From IMG/VR virus record IMGVR_UViG_3300021962_000058, positions 1 to 64,000 of that record: a stretch of 64,000 nt of DNA; one strand, 5' to 3'. Made by a program: the position numbers and the translations under genes. Within the stretch, counting starts at the first letter, position 1. Every line of letters begins with the position of its first letter. Under the pieces are notes generated by a model that was not told the origin of the DNA, made no database searches, and was given only the letters and a program-made list of their open reading frames with translations. The stretch comes from a virus. This document shows positions 17,734-26,095 of the stretch, piece by piece.

Positions 17734-17830
17734 AAGATAGCAGGCGGCCGACCCCAATTGCAAGGGGTCTTGTGCCAGTTCTTCTAGTGGCACAATGTTG
17801 CCCCAAAGCACCCTGATCGGGGTTTATGTT
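17734..17830. promoter_or_regulatory. bidirectional box-type promoter
   Basis: Box 17771-17794; rightward TATGTT at 30 nt; leftward TTGCAA-18-TATCTT with the -10 at 31 nt. Confidence 0.75.
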
Positions 17831-17854
17831 GGTTTCGTTCAACACAAAACCCCG

Positions 17855-18058
17855 ATGATTTTCATCACTTACCCCGATCACGGTTGTGTATACACTCTGT
17901 CGCAGGAAGATGGGGATGAGTTGTATTATGCTCCAATCTACCAGAACGGTAGTATTAATCTAGAAGAATTTGCACCCGTTGATTTAGATTCAGCAGACAT
18001 GGATCAGATGGAATTGTTTGACATTCGTAACCGCCTGGTGGAGATGTGCCAGATCTAG
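17855..18058 (+). CDS. hypothetical phage protein
   Basis: ATG 17855 follows promoter leader. Confidence 0.7.
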   Translation: MIFITYPDHGCVYTLSQEDGDELYYAPIYQNGSINLEEFAPVDLDSADMDQMELFDIRNRLVEMCQI

Positions 18059-18129
18059 AAGTGGCACACGGGCACTTTACAAGTGCCCTCATCCGTTCTA
18101 CATTACATTCGTTCCTGAGGGATTCACCA

Positions 18130-18258
18130 ATGTTTGATGAGATGTGGCAGGAGATTCAAGATGCTCCTGGTGAGATCTTTGACATTCCCGAACTTCGTGA
18201 TCTGGATGATGACAAGTTCGATTACAATGAGTACATTCTCTCCAACATTGATTACTGA
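18130..18258 (+). CDS. small acidic protein
   Basis: MFDEMWQEIQD...; ATG after promoter. Confidence 0.65.
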   Translation: MFDEMWQEIQDAPGEIFDIPELRDLDDDKFDYNEYILSNIDY

Positions 18259-18259
18259 A

Positions 18260-18409
18260 ATGACCACCACTTCGTTGACATTTGAAGAACTGGATGCCAT
18301 TCTGGCATTGATTGAGTTTCACGATGATTGGGATGAAGTGAGTGAGATCGTGGGGGCAGATGTTCCTGCCCTCTATGAGAAACTGTCCGAAATGCGTGAT
18401 GAGGTCTGA
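18260..18409 (+). CDS. small acidic protein
   Basis: MTTTSLTFEELDAIL... Confidence 0.65.
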   Translation: MTTTSLTFEELDAILALIEFHDDWDEVSEIVGADVPALYEKLSEMRDEV

Positions 18410-18678
18410 TGTACCGCACACTTTCTGAACTTCGTGACTCTATCAATTCAATGATTGAGAGTCAAGGTGAGAACGCTCCCTGTGCTGCATTTGTATTCAC
18501 CAAAGAAGATGTGTTTGAGTATGATGTAGATGACAATGAGGACAAGTATTTTCCTACTGTCTTCACAGAAGATGTGCTCTGTGATGTAGGTGGATCATCT
18601 TACATTTACGAACAGGTAGGTGAGATGATTGATGATGCAATCCGCCTTCGTAAGAAACTCCCACTCTACGCTAACTGA
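18409..18678 (+). CDS. acidic hypothetical protein
   Basis: 89-aa ORF, TGATG coupling. Confidence 0.7.
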   Translation: MYRTLSELRDSINSMIESQGENAPCAAFVFTKEDVFEYDVDDNEDKYFPTVFTEDVLCDVGGSSYIYEQVGEMIDDAIRLRKKLPLYAN

Positions 18679-18866
18679 TGATGAACCGCACTGAACTCCA
18701 GGATCAACTCATTCAGCAGATGTTGGATGACATGGATCTCAAAACAATGACCCAACTTTGTTATGATTATCTGGATGAGGGTTATGCAAAGTATTCTGAT
18801 GAAGAATTGACCGAAGAGGTTAATCAATACTATCCTGAACTGCTGGATGGTGTGACAGTCGACTAA
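18678..18866 (+). CDS. acidic hypothetical protein
   Basis: 62-aa ORF, TGATG coupling. Confidence 0.7.
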   Translation: MMNRTELQDQLIQQMLDDMDLKTMTQLCYDYLDEGYAKYSDEELTEEVNQYYPELLDGVTVD

Positions 18867-18935
18867 GTGGCACAAGGGGGGTTGCAATGCCCCCTGATCT
18901 GGTCCATACTACTCAAGTCAACGCAACCGACCCCA

Positions 18936-19283
18936 ATGCGTAAGATCGAACAGCAAATGAACGCCGCCATTCGTGACTCCCGCGATTGGAAGTCTGGCAA
19001 CACTGAAGTTACTTTTGACTCTGAAACCAATGAGTCGAAAGTGTTCCTGCATGGCAACCACATTGCTACCATCGGTGATGACTTCGTGCAAATCTTTGAT
19101 GGTGGTTGGCAGTCTAACACCACCAAATCCCGCCTGAACGCTATTCTTCAAGATCACGGAATCAAGGGCGAATGTGTATTCCAGCGCAACTGGAATTGGT
19201 TCGTTCATAAGTTCATCGGGCAGGCAGGAACTTCTCCTGTGTTCAACGAACTCGAGTTCACCAACGGATTCGTGTTCGCCTGA
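18936..19283 (+). CDS. conserved phage hypothetical protein
   Basis: MRKIEQQM...V.LHGNHIA...GGWQS.TTKSRLNA; ATG after promoter leader. Confidence 0.8.
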   Translation: MRKIEQQMNAAIRDSRDWKSGNTEVTFDSETNESKVFLHGNHIATIGDDFVQIFDGGWQSNTTKSRLNAILQDHGIKGECVFQRNWNWFVHKFIGQAGTSPVFNELEFTNGFVFA

Positions 19284-19353
19284 CGAACTGGCACATCGGG
19301 TGCCCACACGGCACCCTCACCCCCTATACTACATTCGTTCACACAAAACACCA

Positions 19354-19920
19354 ATGGAAACCTTCCTCGAGACTTCCTTCCAGAACGTTCGTTCTTCCAA
19401 GCGTACTGATGAGTTTCATAAAGTTCTGCTGGATGAGATTCTGAACGCAAATCCTTCGTGGGCAGAGTATGATTGGAAGTTTGAGTATCAACTTCCCGTA
19501 GATGGTTTTGGTGGTACATTTGACATTGACATTGCTGGGTTTAGTAATGGTGAACTTAAGGTTGCTATTCTTGGCAAAGCACTCAACAGCAACATTAACA
19601 AAAACATCAAAAACTACGCTAACACTAGTGTAGGTGAAGCAGCACGTTTGATGTTCGCTCCTGACATTGAGATGGAAAAAGTGCTGTTCGTGAGTGTTCT
19701 TCCCCGTGTGGCACCACGTTTCAACAAAGCGGGTGAAGTTCAGGGTTTCGATGATGTCGTGAGTGCCAAAGAGCGTACCAAGATTAACCACGTTCTGCAA
19801 GCACAATACGATGGTATTGTTGAGGCAATCGACCTGTACTTTGACATTGAAGGTGTAAAGACTCTGCAAGAGTTCAACACCATTAGCATCAACAATCTGG
19901 ACACTCTGACTCTGGTGTGA
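19354..19920 (+). CDS. restriction-endonuclease-like (PD-(D/E)XK fold) protein
   Basis: FDIDIA...VAILGK...N..N.....GEA pattern; ATG after promoter leader. Confidence 0.45.
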   Translation: METFLETSFQNVRSSKRTDEFHKVLLDEILNANPSWAEYDWKFEYQLPVDGFGGTFDIDIAGFSNGELKVAILGKALNSNINKNIKNYANTSVGEAARLMFAPDIEMEKVLFVSVLPRVAPRFNKAGEVQGFDDVVSAKERTKINHVLQAQYDGIVEAIDLYFDIEGVKTLQEFNTISINNLDTLTLV

Positions 19921-20001
19921 CAGTCTGACAAGTGGAACACGGGGGGTTGAGTTCCCCCCTTCTTCGTGCCATACTACGTTCATCAGCAAACAACCCGACC
20001 A

Positions 20002-20250
20002 ATGCAACTCTACATCCTCAAAGAAGTTCTTTACGATTACACTGACGGAATGGCAGTTATCGCTGCTGAATCTATGCCTCAGTGTGAACAGATCTTTATG
20101 GAAGAGTTTGGGTATTTCACTGATCGTAATGGTGAACGGGTGAAGGATGAAAAGGTACAAAAAGAGTTCAACAATGCTAAGGTTACTATCATCGAAAGCG
20201 TAGGACTTGATGAGGCAGGTATTGTAGAATACGTTTACGGTGGGGGTTGA
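20002..20250 (+). CDS. hypothetical phage protein
   Basis: MQLYIL...YVYGGG; ATG after promoter leader. Confidence 0.75.
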   Translation: MQLYILKEVLYDYTDGMAVIAAESMPQCEQIFMEEFGYFTDRNGERVKDEKVQKEFNNAKVTIIESVGLDEAGIVEYVYGGG

Positions 20251-20893
20251 TAATGACACCATCTACCCGTGCAATCGTAACCACAAGAATGGCAACTCAC
20301 ACACAGAATACGCCAGTCAATTCTGAAGCATTTCGTGCTAATGAAACTGATACGATTGGACTGGTAGTTGTTCTCAGTGGTCTTGCTGTTATTTGTCTCT
20401 TCTCTGCTCTGATTGACTGATGACTGATTTTGTTTCTGAATCCGAAGTGAAGCAAATGATGCTCATTGAGGCACTTGAGTATTACATTCAAGGATTGAAA
20501 GATGATAATTGTAATCAGGCAGCGATTGATGCCTTCACCGACCTTTTGACTGAGATTGAGAATGACTAACGAACAAAAGATCCAAGCACTACCCACAATC
20601 CGTACCTTCCCATATACGATTGGTCTCCGTACATACTTCTCGGAAGAAGAATATCAAAAAGCACTCCACGATTTCCTGACTTGGAGAAACCATCAACAGA
20701 GCAAAAGGAACCGCACTAATGATGACTGACACAGACAAAGTAGAAGCACTGAGTGACCTTCTCTCTAATGTCATTCACTCTCTGGAGATGACAAAATATC
20801 TTATTGATGATGCAGATAAAGCATCATCGGTCGTTCGTGAAGCAGACAAGTTTCACCAACAAATGCTGAACATTCTTTACCCTGACGCCTGAA

Positions 20894-21223
20894 ATGATTA
20901 CCGCAACTGAACTGCTGGACTTTCTCACCAAAGCACAAAAAGTTTCTCCTTGTGGAGCAACCTTTCGTCAAACTGATGAAGGTTATAAAATCACTCTGTA
21001 TTGTGATTGGCACGATGATGGCAATAACTATAAACAATCTATTTTCATTGACAACGAAGGTGAATCCACTTGGAATAATGGAGGAGACTATGATTTCTAC
21101 ACAATGGATAACATTTTGGATGAAATGCTTGTGAAACAACAAGAGAAAGAAATCAAAGCACAAAAGCGTAAAGAACTGATTGAATCTCTCACACCAGAGC
21201 AAAGAGAACTGCTGGGGGTGTGA
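20894..21223 (+). CDS. hypothetical phage protein
   Basis: 109 aa, ends LTPEQRELLGV; several sub-60-aa ORFs fill 20253-20890. Confidence 0.75.
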   Translation: MITATELLDFLTKAQKVSPCGATFRQTDEGYKITLYCDWHDDGNNYKQSIFIDNEGESTWNNGGDYDFYTMDNILDEMLVKQQEKEIKAQKRKELIESLTPEQRELLGV

Positions 21224-21301
21224 CAGTTGACCTAGTGGCACACACCCCCTTGTGCTGCCTTCCCATTCGTGCCATACTACGTTCATCAGCAAACAACCAC
21301 G

Positions 21302-22201
21302 ATGCAAAACAAGCACCAAGAGCACCCCGAAGATACCATCCTCACGGGTGATTTGACCGTGCTCGACTGGTTCGTGACACCTGGCACCCTGAGCGTTAAG
21401 ATTGACGGAGCACCCGCAATCGTGTGGGGGATTGATCCTGCGACTGGTACGTTCTTCGTGGGTACAAAAGCAGTATTCAACAAAAAGAAGATTCGTATTG
21501 CACACTCTCACGATGAGATTGACCAACACTATGAAGGCAACGTTGCAGACATTCTGCACACTTGCTTTGACATTCTGCCCCGTACTGAGACAATCTATCA
21601 GGCAGAGTTCATCGGGTTTGGTGGATCTGATGAGTACACTTCCAACCTGATTACGTATCAGTTCCCTGAGATTGTCACTCAAACTATTATCATCGCTCCG
21701 CATACTTGCTATTATGCTGAGAATGATCTGCGTGAGGCAGTAGCGTATCCTGATCGTGCAACTTGGAATGATACTGAAACGGTCAAGTTTGTGAAACCTG
21801 ATGCCTACATTCTGCACGGTCAAGAATCGTTCGCTGATGTAGAAGAAGTGTGCAACTTTGCCCGCCAGATGGCAACCACCTGCCAGTTCGTTTCTAACAC
21901 CGAAGCGGCAAAGATTAAAGTTGCCATTAACGCTTGCATCCGTGAGCAACGTGAGATCGAAGATGATGCATTTGGATGTGATCCTAACCTGATTCGTTTG
22001 TGGAAACTGGTTAAATCTATCAAAGAGGATTGCCTATTCCTGTGCCGCAACAATGGTCCCGCAGCATACATCAAACAGGACCGAATTGATGCGGAAGGTT
22101 ACACAATGACCAATGAGTTTGGTATGTTCAAACTGGTGAAGCGTGAAGTGTTCTCCTACCACAACTTCACCAGCGGACGCTTTCAGTGTACCAGTGCCTG
22201 A
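21302..22201 (+). CDS. conserved T4-like phage protein with ligase/nucleotidyltransferase-like motifs
   Basis: KIDG, YQAEF, EGY and KLVK motifs; ATG 21302 after promoter leader. Confidence 0.65.
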   Translation: MQNKHQEHPEDTILTGDLTVLDWFVTPGTLSVKIDGAPAIVWGIDPATGTFFVGTKAVFNKKKIRIAHSHDEIDQHYEGNVADILHTCFDILPRTETIYQAEFIGFGGSDEYTSNLITYQFPEIVTQTIIIAPHTCYYAENDLREAVAYPDRATWNDTETVKFVKPDAYILHGQESFADVEEVCNFARQMATTCQFVSNTEAAKIKVAINACIREQREIEDDAFGCDPNLIRLWKLVKSIKEDCLFLCRNNGPAAYIKQDRIDAEGYTMTNEFGMFKLVKREVFSYHNFTSGRFQCTSA

Positions 22202-22270
22202 ACCGTCCACCTGAACCCGCAGGGGGGCACTGCTGCCCCCTATACTGATCTCAGTTCACAAGCGAACCCA

Positions 22271-22468
22271 ATGCCTAACACCGCTACCCTGATTGCCATC
22301 GGTGAAATGATCGTTAATGCATCTGAGACGTTGCCTGCAACCACCAATGCAAACATCCGCATTATGCAGGGTGAGAAGTGTGGCGCTGAGATTCTACGTC
22401 TGATCGTTCGTGATAACTTAGGTGGCGCTGCCAATGTTATCACCAATGCCCTTTGGGTCACTCGCTGA
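22271..22468 (+). CDS. hypothetical cassette protein
   Basis: 65 aa between two promoter repeats. Confidence 0.7.
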   Translation: MPNTATLIAIGEMIVNASETLPATTNANIRIMQGEKCGAEILRLIVRDNLGGAANVITNALWVTR

Positions 22469-22535
22469 ACTGGCACAGGGGGGACTGAGATCCCCCCACC
22501 AACCCCCTATACTGACTTCAGTTCAAACGAAACCA

Positions 22536-22697
22536 ATGCAACGCCTTGACGTGATTTGCCCCTCCGCTCCTTGGGAGAACACTACCACCGATGAGGATCG
22601 TGCCTGGGATCTGTGCCTGTCACTCTCTGAGGAATACGGTTACGCTCAGGTTCGCCAGAACGGTATGATCATCGGTGACTACACTGACGGTCGCTGA
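22536..22697 (+). CDS. hypothetical cassette protein
   Basis: MQRLDVICP...; ATG after leader. Confidence 0.7.
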   Translation: MQRLDVICPSAPWENTTTDEDRAWDLCLSLSEEYGYAQVRQNGMIIGDYTDGR

Positions 22698-22704
22698 ATG
22701 ATAC

Positions 22705-22736
22705 AAAAGGGGGAGCACATACGCTCCCTTTTTTTA
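22705..22736. terminator. bidirectional intrinsic terminator
   Basis: AAAAGGGGGAGC-ACATAC-GCTCCCTTTTTTT. Confidence 0.75.
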
Positions 22737-22755
22737 TACTTTTTCTTTTTTTTTA

Positions 22756-22820
22756 TTTCAAGGCTGCCCCCGTGACGACCTTTTTCGTCATCAGGGCTAC
22801 CCCGCCCCTCCTTCGCTTGT
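22756..22820 (-). ncRNA. candidate leftward non-coding RNA, copy B
   Basis: Follows minus-strand TATACT (22827-22832); homologous to 17664-17727. Confidence 0.5.
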
Positions 22821-22826
22821 GACCTT

Positions 22827-22922
22827 AGTATAAGGCCGCGGCAACCCCATACAACCCCCAGTGTGCCACTTTCTGAACTGGCACCCTACCCCCACCATCC
22901 TGCCCACTGCTGCCTCTATACT
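22827..22922. promoter_or_regulatory. bidirectional box-type promoter
   Basis: Box 22862-22885; TATACT 31 nt to the right and 29 nt to the left (minus strand). Confidence 0.8.
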
Positions 22923-22944
22923 GATCTCATCAGCAACGGACCCC

Positions 22945-23124
22945 GTGCAGACCCTCAAAGCAACCGCCATCGCCCTGCTAGTCATCACACTGGCAACCGC
23001 TGGTTACTTTGCTCTGCTTCGCAATGGCAATGCCCGCATCGAAGCGAAGTGCCAGGCATCAGGTGGGCAGGTGCTTGTGACACCTGGTCAAGTGTCCAAA
23101 TGCCTCCTGCCCGCTGCCCGCTGA
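22945..23124 (+). CDS. small membrane/secreted cassette protein
   Basis: GTG start after leader; TM helix followed by C...GG...C. Confidence 0.6.
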   Translation: MQTLKATAIALLVITLATAGYFALLRNGNARIEAKCQASGGQVLVTPGQVSKCLLPAAR

Positions 23125-23157
23125 CCCCTTATACTGATCTCAGTTCACACAACACCG

Positions 23158-23322
23158 ATGAGCACCGCAACCCGCCTCACCGCAAACCAGGCAAAGAGCG
23201 CCATCTACGATCTGGCGGATGACTTCTCATGGGAAACCGTTGCTAAGGAGATGGTCGCCCGCATGAGTGGTGATGAGGCACGGGACTTCCTCGAGGACTT
23301 CCAGCGCCTCTATGCCGACTGA
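23158..23322 (+). CDS. hypothetical cassette protein (54 aa)
   Basis: Hand-translated MSTATRLTANQAKSAIYDLADDF... Confidence 0.7.
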   Translation: MSTATRLTANQAKSAIYDLADDFSWETVAKEMVARMSGDEARDFLEDFQRLYAD

Positions 23323-23393
23323 GGCACTGGCACAAGGGGGGCACAGACCCCCCACCCCGACCCGCTACAATACTCTCACACGCAACCGATCCG

Positions 23394-23567
23394 ATGCGAA
23401 TCGAAGTCCGTTACCAGACCCCCTACAACGCTTGTGAGTGGCGGTCGCAGTGGTTCCCCACGCTGGCAGAGGCAGAGCGTATGGTAGAGTTCTACCGCTC
23501 CTGCGGATCGCCCTCTCACATCGCCCCCAGCAGCATGGCACAGTTCGCTCACCTGATTCCCGACTGA
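23394..23567 (+). CDS. hypothetical cassette protein (57 aa)
   Basis: Hand-translated MRIEVRYQTPY...F.TLAEAERMV.FY; followed by coupled ORFs 23567..23653 and 23650..23817. Confidence 0.7.
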   Translation: MRIEVRYQTPYNACEWRSQWFPTLAEAERMVEFYRSCGSPSHIAPSSMAQFAHLIPD

Positions 23568-23851
23568 TGATCACCGCAGCATTCTTCCTGATCGGTTACA
23601 CTATGGGAGCAGGGCACATCCTGCTCCTGCAACGTATCCTCCGCCACCGATGATCAACACCCTGACCCGCTCACGATCCCCTGAGTTTCACCGCGCCACA
23701 ATGCTCCGCCTGACAATCGCCGCGCTGCTACTCTGGGGGTTCTGGGGTCCACTGTACCCCGTCCGTAGTGTGACAGCAGACGTACTGTCCACTACCGCCG
23801 ACCTCCTGCGTCGCTGACCCCTTATACTGATCTCAGTTCACAAGCGAACCG

Positions 23852-24040
23852 ATGACCCGCACCAACGTCCTGCCCAACGACCTCTGCTCCATCACCCTGA
23901 CTGAGGCACAGTGGAGCACCATCCGCACCGCCGTGCTCTGCCTGGCAGTCGATTGCCGCGTTGCTGGTAAGGGTGCTGACGCAGACTACTACCTGAACGC
24001 CTACAACATCCTGCGGGATGCGATGGGGATGGACGCCTGA
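23852..24040 (+). CDS. hypothetical cassette protein
   Basis: 62 aa between repeats. Confidence 0.7.
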   Translation: MTRTNVLPNDLCSITLTEAQWSTIRTAVLCLAVDCRVAGKGADADYYLNAYNILRDAMGMDA

Positions 24041-24114
24041 GGCACTGGCACACGGGGGGTTCCACCCCCCTACCCTGACCCCTTATACTGATCTCAGTTC
24101 ACACCCGAACCCCA

Positions 24115-24543
24115 ATGACCGTCACTCTCACCGCTTCCTACCGCGACATGCTTGCCGCTGACACTGTAAGCAAGATCGACGAACTCCAGGAGGAGAACTA
24201 CTCCCTGGAGGACATGCTGGAGTTCATTGATACCTACAATGAGAATGATTTTATCGCATACTATGAGGAGTATGTGCGTTGTGGTGAAGCAATCGGTTAC
24301 GATGCTGTTGATGCTCTGATCGATGAAATGGGGTGCGTTTCTGACATTGAAGATTGTGATGAGCGTTTCCAAGGTTGGTATGAAAGTGAGGCAGATTTCG
24401 CTGAGCAGTTCTACTCTGATCTCTACGATGTCCCCTGTGCTCTGGTGATAGATTGGCAGGCAACCTACGATTCCTCCCTGCGTTACGATTTCACCTGCTG
24501 CGAGAAGTCCTACCGTCAGGTGGCAGTGTTTCGGGACTGCTGA
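24115..24543 (+). CDS. ardA: ArdA-like antirestriction (DNA mimic) protein
   Basis: Highly acidic; FQGWYESEADFAEQ...P....IDWQ....SL..DF matches the ArdA C-terminal pattern. Confidence 0.7.
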   Translation: MTVTLTASYRDMLAADTVSKIDELQEENYSLEDMLEFIDTYNENDFIAYYEEYVRCGEAIGYDAVDALIDEMGCVSDIEDCDERFQGWYESEADFAEQFYSDLYDVPCALVIDWQATYDSSLRYDFTCCEKSYRQVAVFRDC

Positions 24544-24629
24544 GGGACAGTTGAGGGGGTGGCACACTGCTGCCCCCACTGCCCCCACTCCTGCCCTTAT
24601 ACTGATCTCAGTTCACACCCGAACCACCA

Positions 24630-24890
24630 ATGGCAACCGCAACCTACCAGACCAACCTCACCGACCGCACCTACAACGGTTGGACTAACTACGAAACCTG
24701 GAACGTTGTGCTCTGGATTGAGAATGATGAGAGCATCTACAACTTCATTCAAGAGAATGACATTTGCTGCTATGAAGAACTGCTGGAAGCATTCTATGAT
24801 CACGGCAGCATTCAGACCCCTGATGGTGTGATGTGGAACGACCCTAAGATCAACCGCGCTGAGATCAACGGCGACGTGTTCGATTCCTAA
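24630..24890 (+). CDS. conserved phage hypothetical protein
   Basis: YNGWTNYETWNV.LWI.N.E motif. Confidence 0.75.
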   Translation: MATATYQTNLTDRTYNGWTNYETWNVVLWIENDESIYNFIQENDICCYEELLEAFYDHGSIQTPDGVMWNDPKINRAEINGDVFDS

Positions 24891-24958
24891 ACTGGCACAA
24901 GGGGGGCACCAACCCCCCATCCTGACCCCTTATACTGATCTCAGTTCAAACGAAACCG

Positions 24959-25129
24959 ATGACCGCTGACCTTGCTGCCTCCCTGCTCAACCGTGCCGCT
25001 AACGGTGCCGAACTGCTGAGCATCCTGGATACGATCGCCAACGACATTGCAGACGCCAACATCGCTGACTGCGCCGCCCATTATGCTCGCATCAGTGCCC
25101 AACCTACCCTGAGCGAAGTCCAGTTCTGA
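24959..25129 (+). CDS. hypothetical cassette protein (56 aa)
   Basis: Hand-translated MTADLAASLLNRAANGAELLSILD... Confidence 0.7.
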   Translation: MTADLAASLLNRAANGAELLSILDTIANDIADANIADCAAHYARISAQPTLSEVQF

Positions 25130-25198
25130 TAGTGGCACAACGGAGGGGGATGACCCTTCCCTTTTGCCTCTATACTGATCTCAGTTCAAACGACCACT

Positions 25199-25405
25199 AT
25201 GTGCCCAATCGACGCCTTTGAGATCCACCTGCAACTGTGTGAGGATCTCTACGATCTGGCAAACGCCATCGCCGCTGAGATGTATGGTTGCGATCTGCAC
25301 CGCCTGGACCCCTCTGAGATCGAATGGTACAATGAGCGGGTGACCGCCGACAATCTGGAGGAGATGGCAAACGACCTTGCCGCTGCCGCTTGGCAGTCCT
25401 ACTGA
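25199..25405 (+). CDS. acidic cassette protein
   Basis: 68 aa between repeats. Confidence 0.7.
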   Translation: MCPIDAFEIHLQLCEDLYDLANAIAAEMYGCDLHRLDPSEIEWYNERVTADNLEEMANDLAAAAWQSY

Positions 25406-25442
25406 TCTGCTACAATACTCTCAGTTCACAAGCAACCGACCC

Positions 25443-25613
25443 GTGTTCATCACCAACGACACTGCTGCCAACGACCCCGCCTGCCAGGCAGCGATGAAAG
25501 CATACGCCGCCCAACTCAAGCGGGAGGAGGAGCGCCGCCAGCAGATCCTGGCAGGCACCTACATCCCCTGCCCTGTCCAATCTACGGTCTGGCACATCAG
25601 CGACCGCGACTGA
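25443..25613 (+). CDS. hypothetical cassette protein
   Basis: GTG start after leader. Confidence 0.6.
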   Translation: MFITNDTAANDPACQAAMKAYAAQLKREEERRQQILAGTYIPCPVQSTVWHISDRD

Positions 25614-25655
25614 CCCCACCGACCGACTAGGATACTCTCAGTTCAAACGAAACCA

Positions 25656-25841
25656 ATGACCACCACTCAGAACCTCCGCTCCCTGATCGCTCACACCCTG
25701 ACTGAGATCGACCGTGAGTTTCACGGTTGGACCTTTACCGCTGATGACTTCGCTGGTGAGTCGATCCACGATCTGCGGGAGTTCTGCTACCGCCACCACT
25801 CCCCCATCGTTCGGGCACTGCCCACGACGGTGATGATCTGA
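25656..25841 (+). CDS. hypothetical cassette protein
   Basis: 61 aa between repeats. Confidence 0.7.
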   Translation: MTTTQNLRSLIAHTLTEIDREFHGWTFTADDFAGESIHDLREFCYRHHSPIVRALPTTVMI

Positions 25842-25894
25842 GGGGTCCGCCCCTTTATCTGCTACAATACTCTCAGTTCACAAGCAACCGACCG

Positions 25895-26095
25895 ATGACC
25901 CGCCCCAACCTGGAAACCGAACTGATCAACGCCCTGAATGATCTCACCCCAGCAGAGCGCCAGGCATTGGCCGCGGCAACCCCTGCCGACTGGGCTGAGG
26001 CAGGTGCTGAAGTTCTGAATGACCCCACCTTCTGGGGTGAGATCGCTGCCGCTTTTGCTGAGGGTTTCACACGCGGTTTTGAGAATCGCCGCTGA
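25895..26095 (+). CDS. hypothetical cassette protein
   Basis: 66 aa between repeats. Confidence 0.7.
   Translation: MTRPNLETELINALNDLTPAERQALAAATPADWAEAGAEVLNDPTFWGEIAAAFAEGFTRGFENRR

Noticed and set aside
19339-21949. Long minus-strand ORFs (19339..20262, 20801..21949) and similar shadows such as 10853..11503
   Set aside because: Antisense shadows of + strand genes that cross promoter modules; no recognisable motifs
22775-22800. Hammerhead ribozyme core (minus strand CTGATGA-C-GAAA)
   Set aside because: No stem II between CUGAUGA and GAAA, and copy A has CTGCCGA
7921-25139. TGGCAC read as sigma54 -24 element
   Set aside because: No TTGC at the required 5-nt spacing, the motif is half of a palindrome, and cyanobacteria lack RpoN
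22834-25983. 15-bp identity GGCCGCGGCAACCCC at 22834 and 25969
   Set aside because: One copy is a promoter spacer and the other mid-gene in GC-rich DNA; no further support beyond chance
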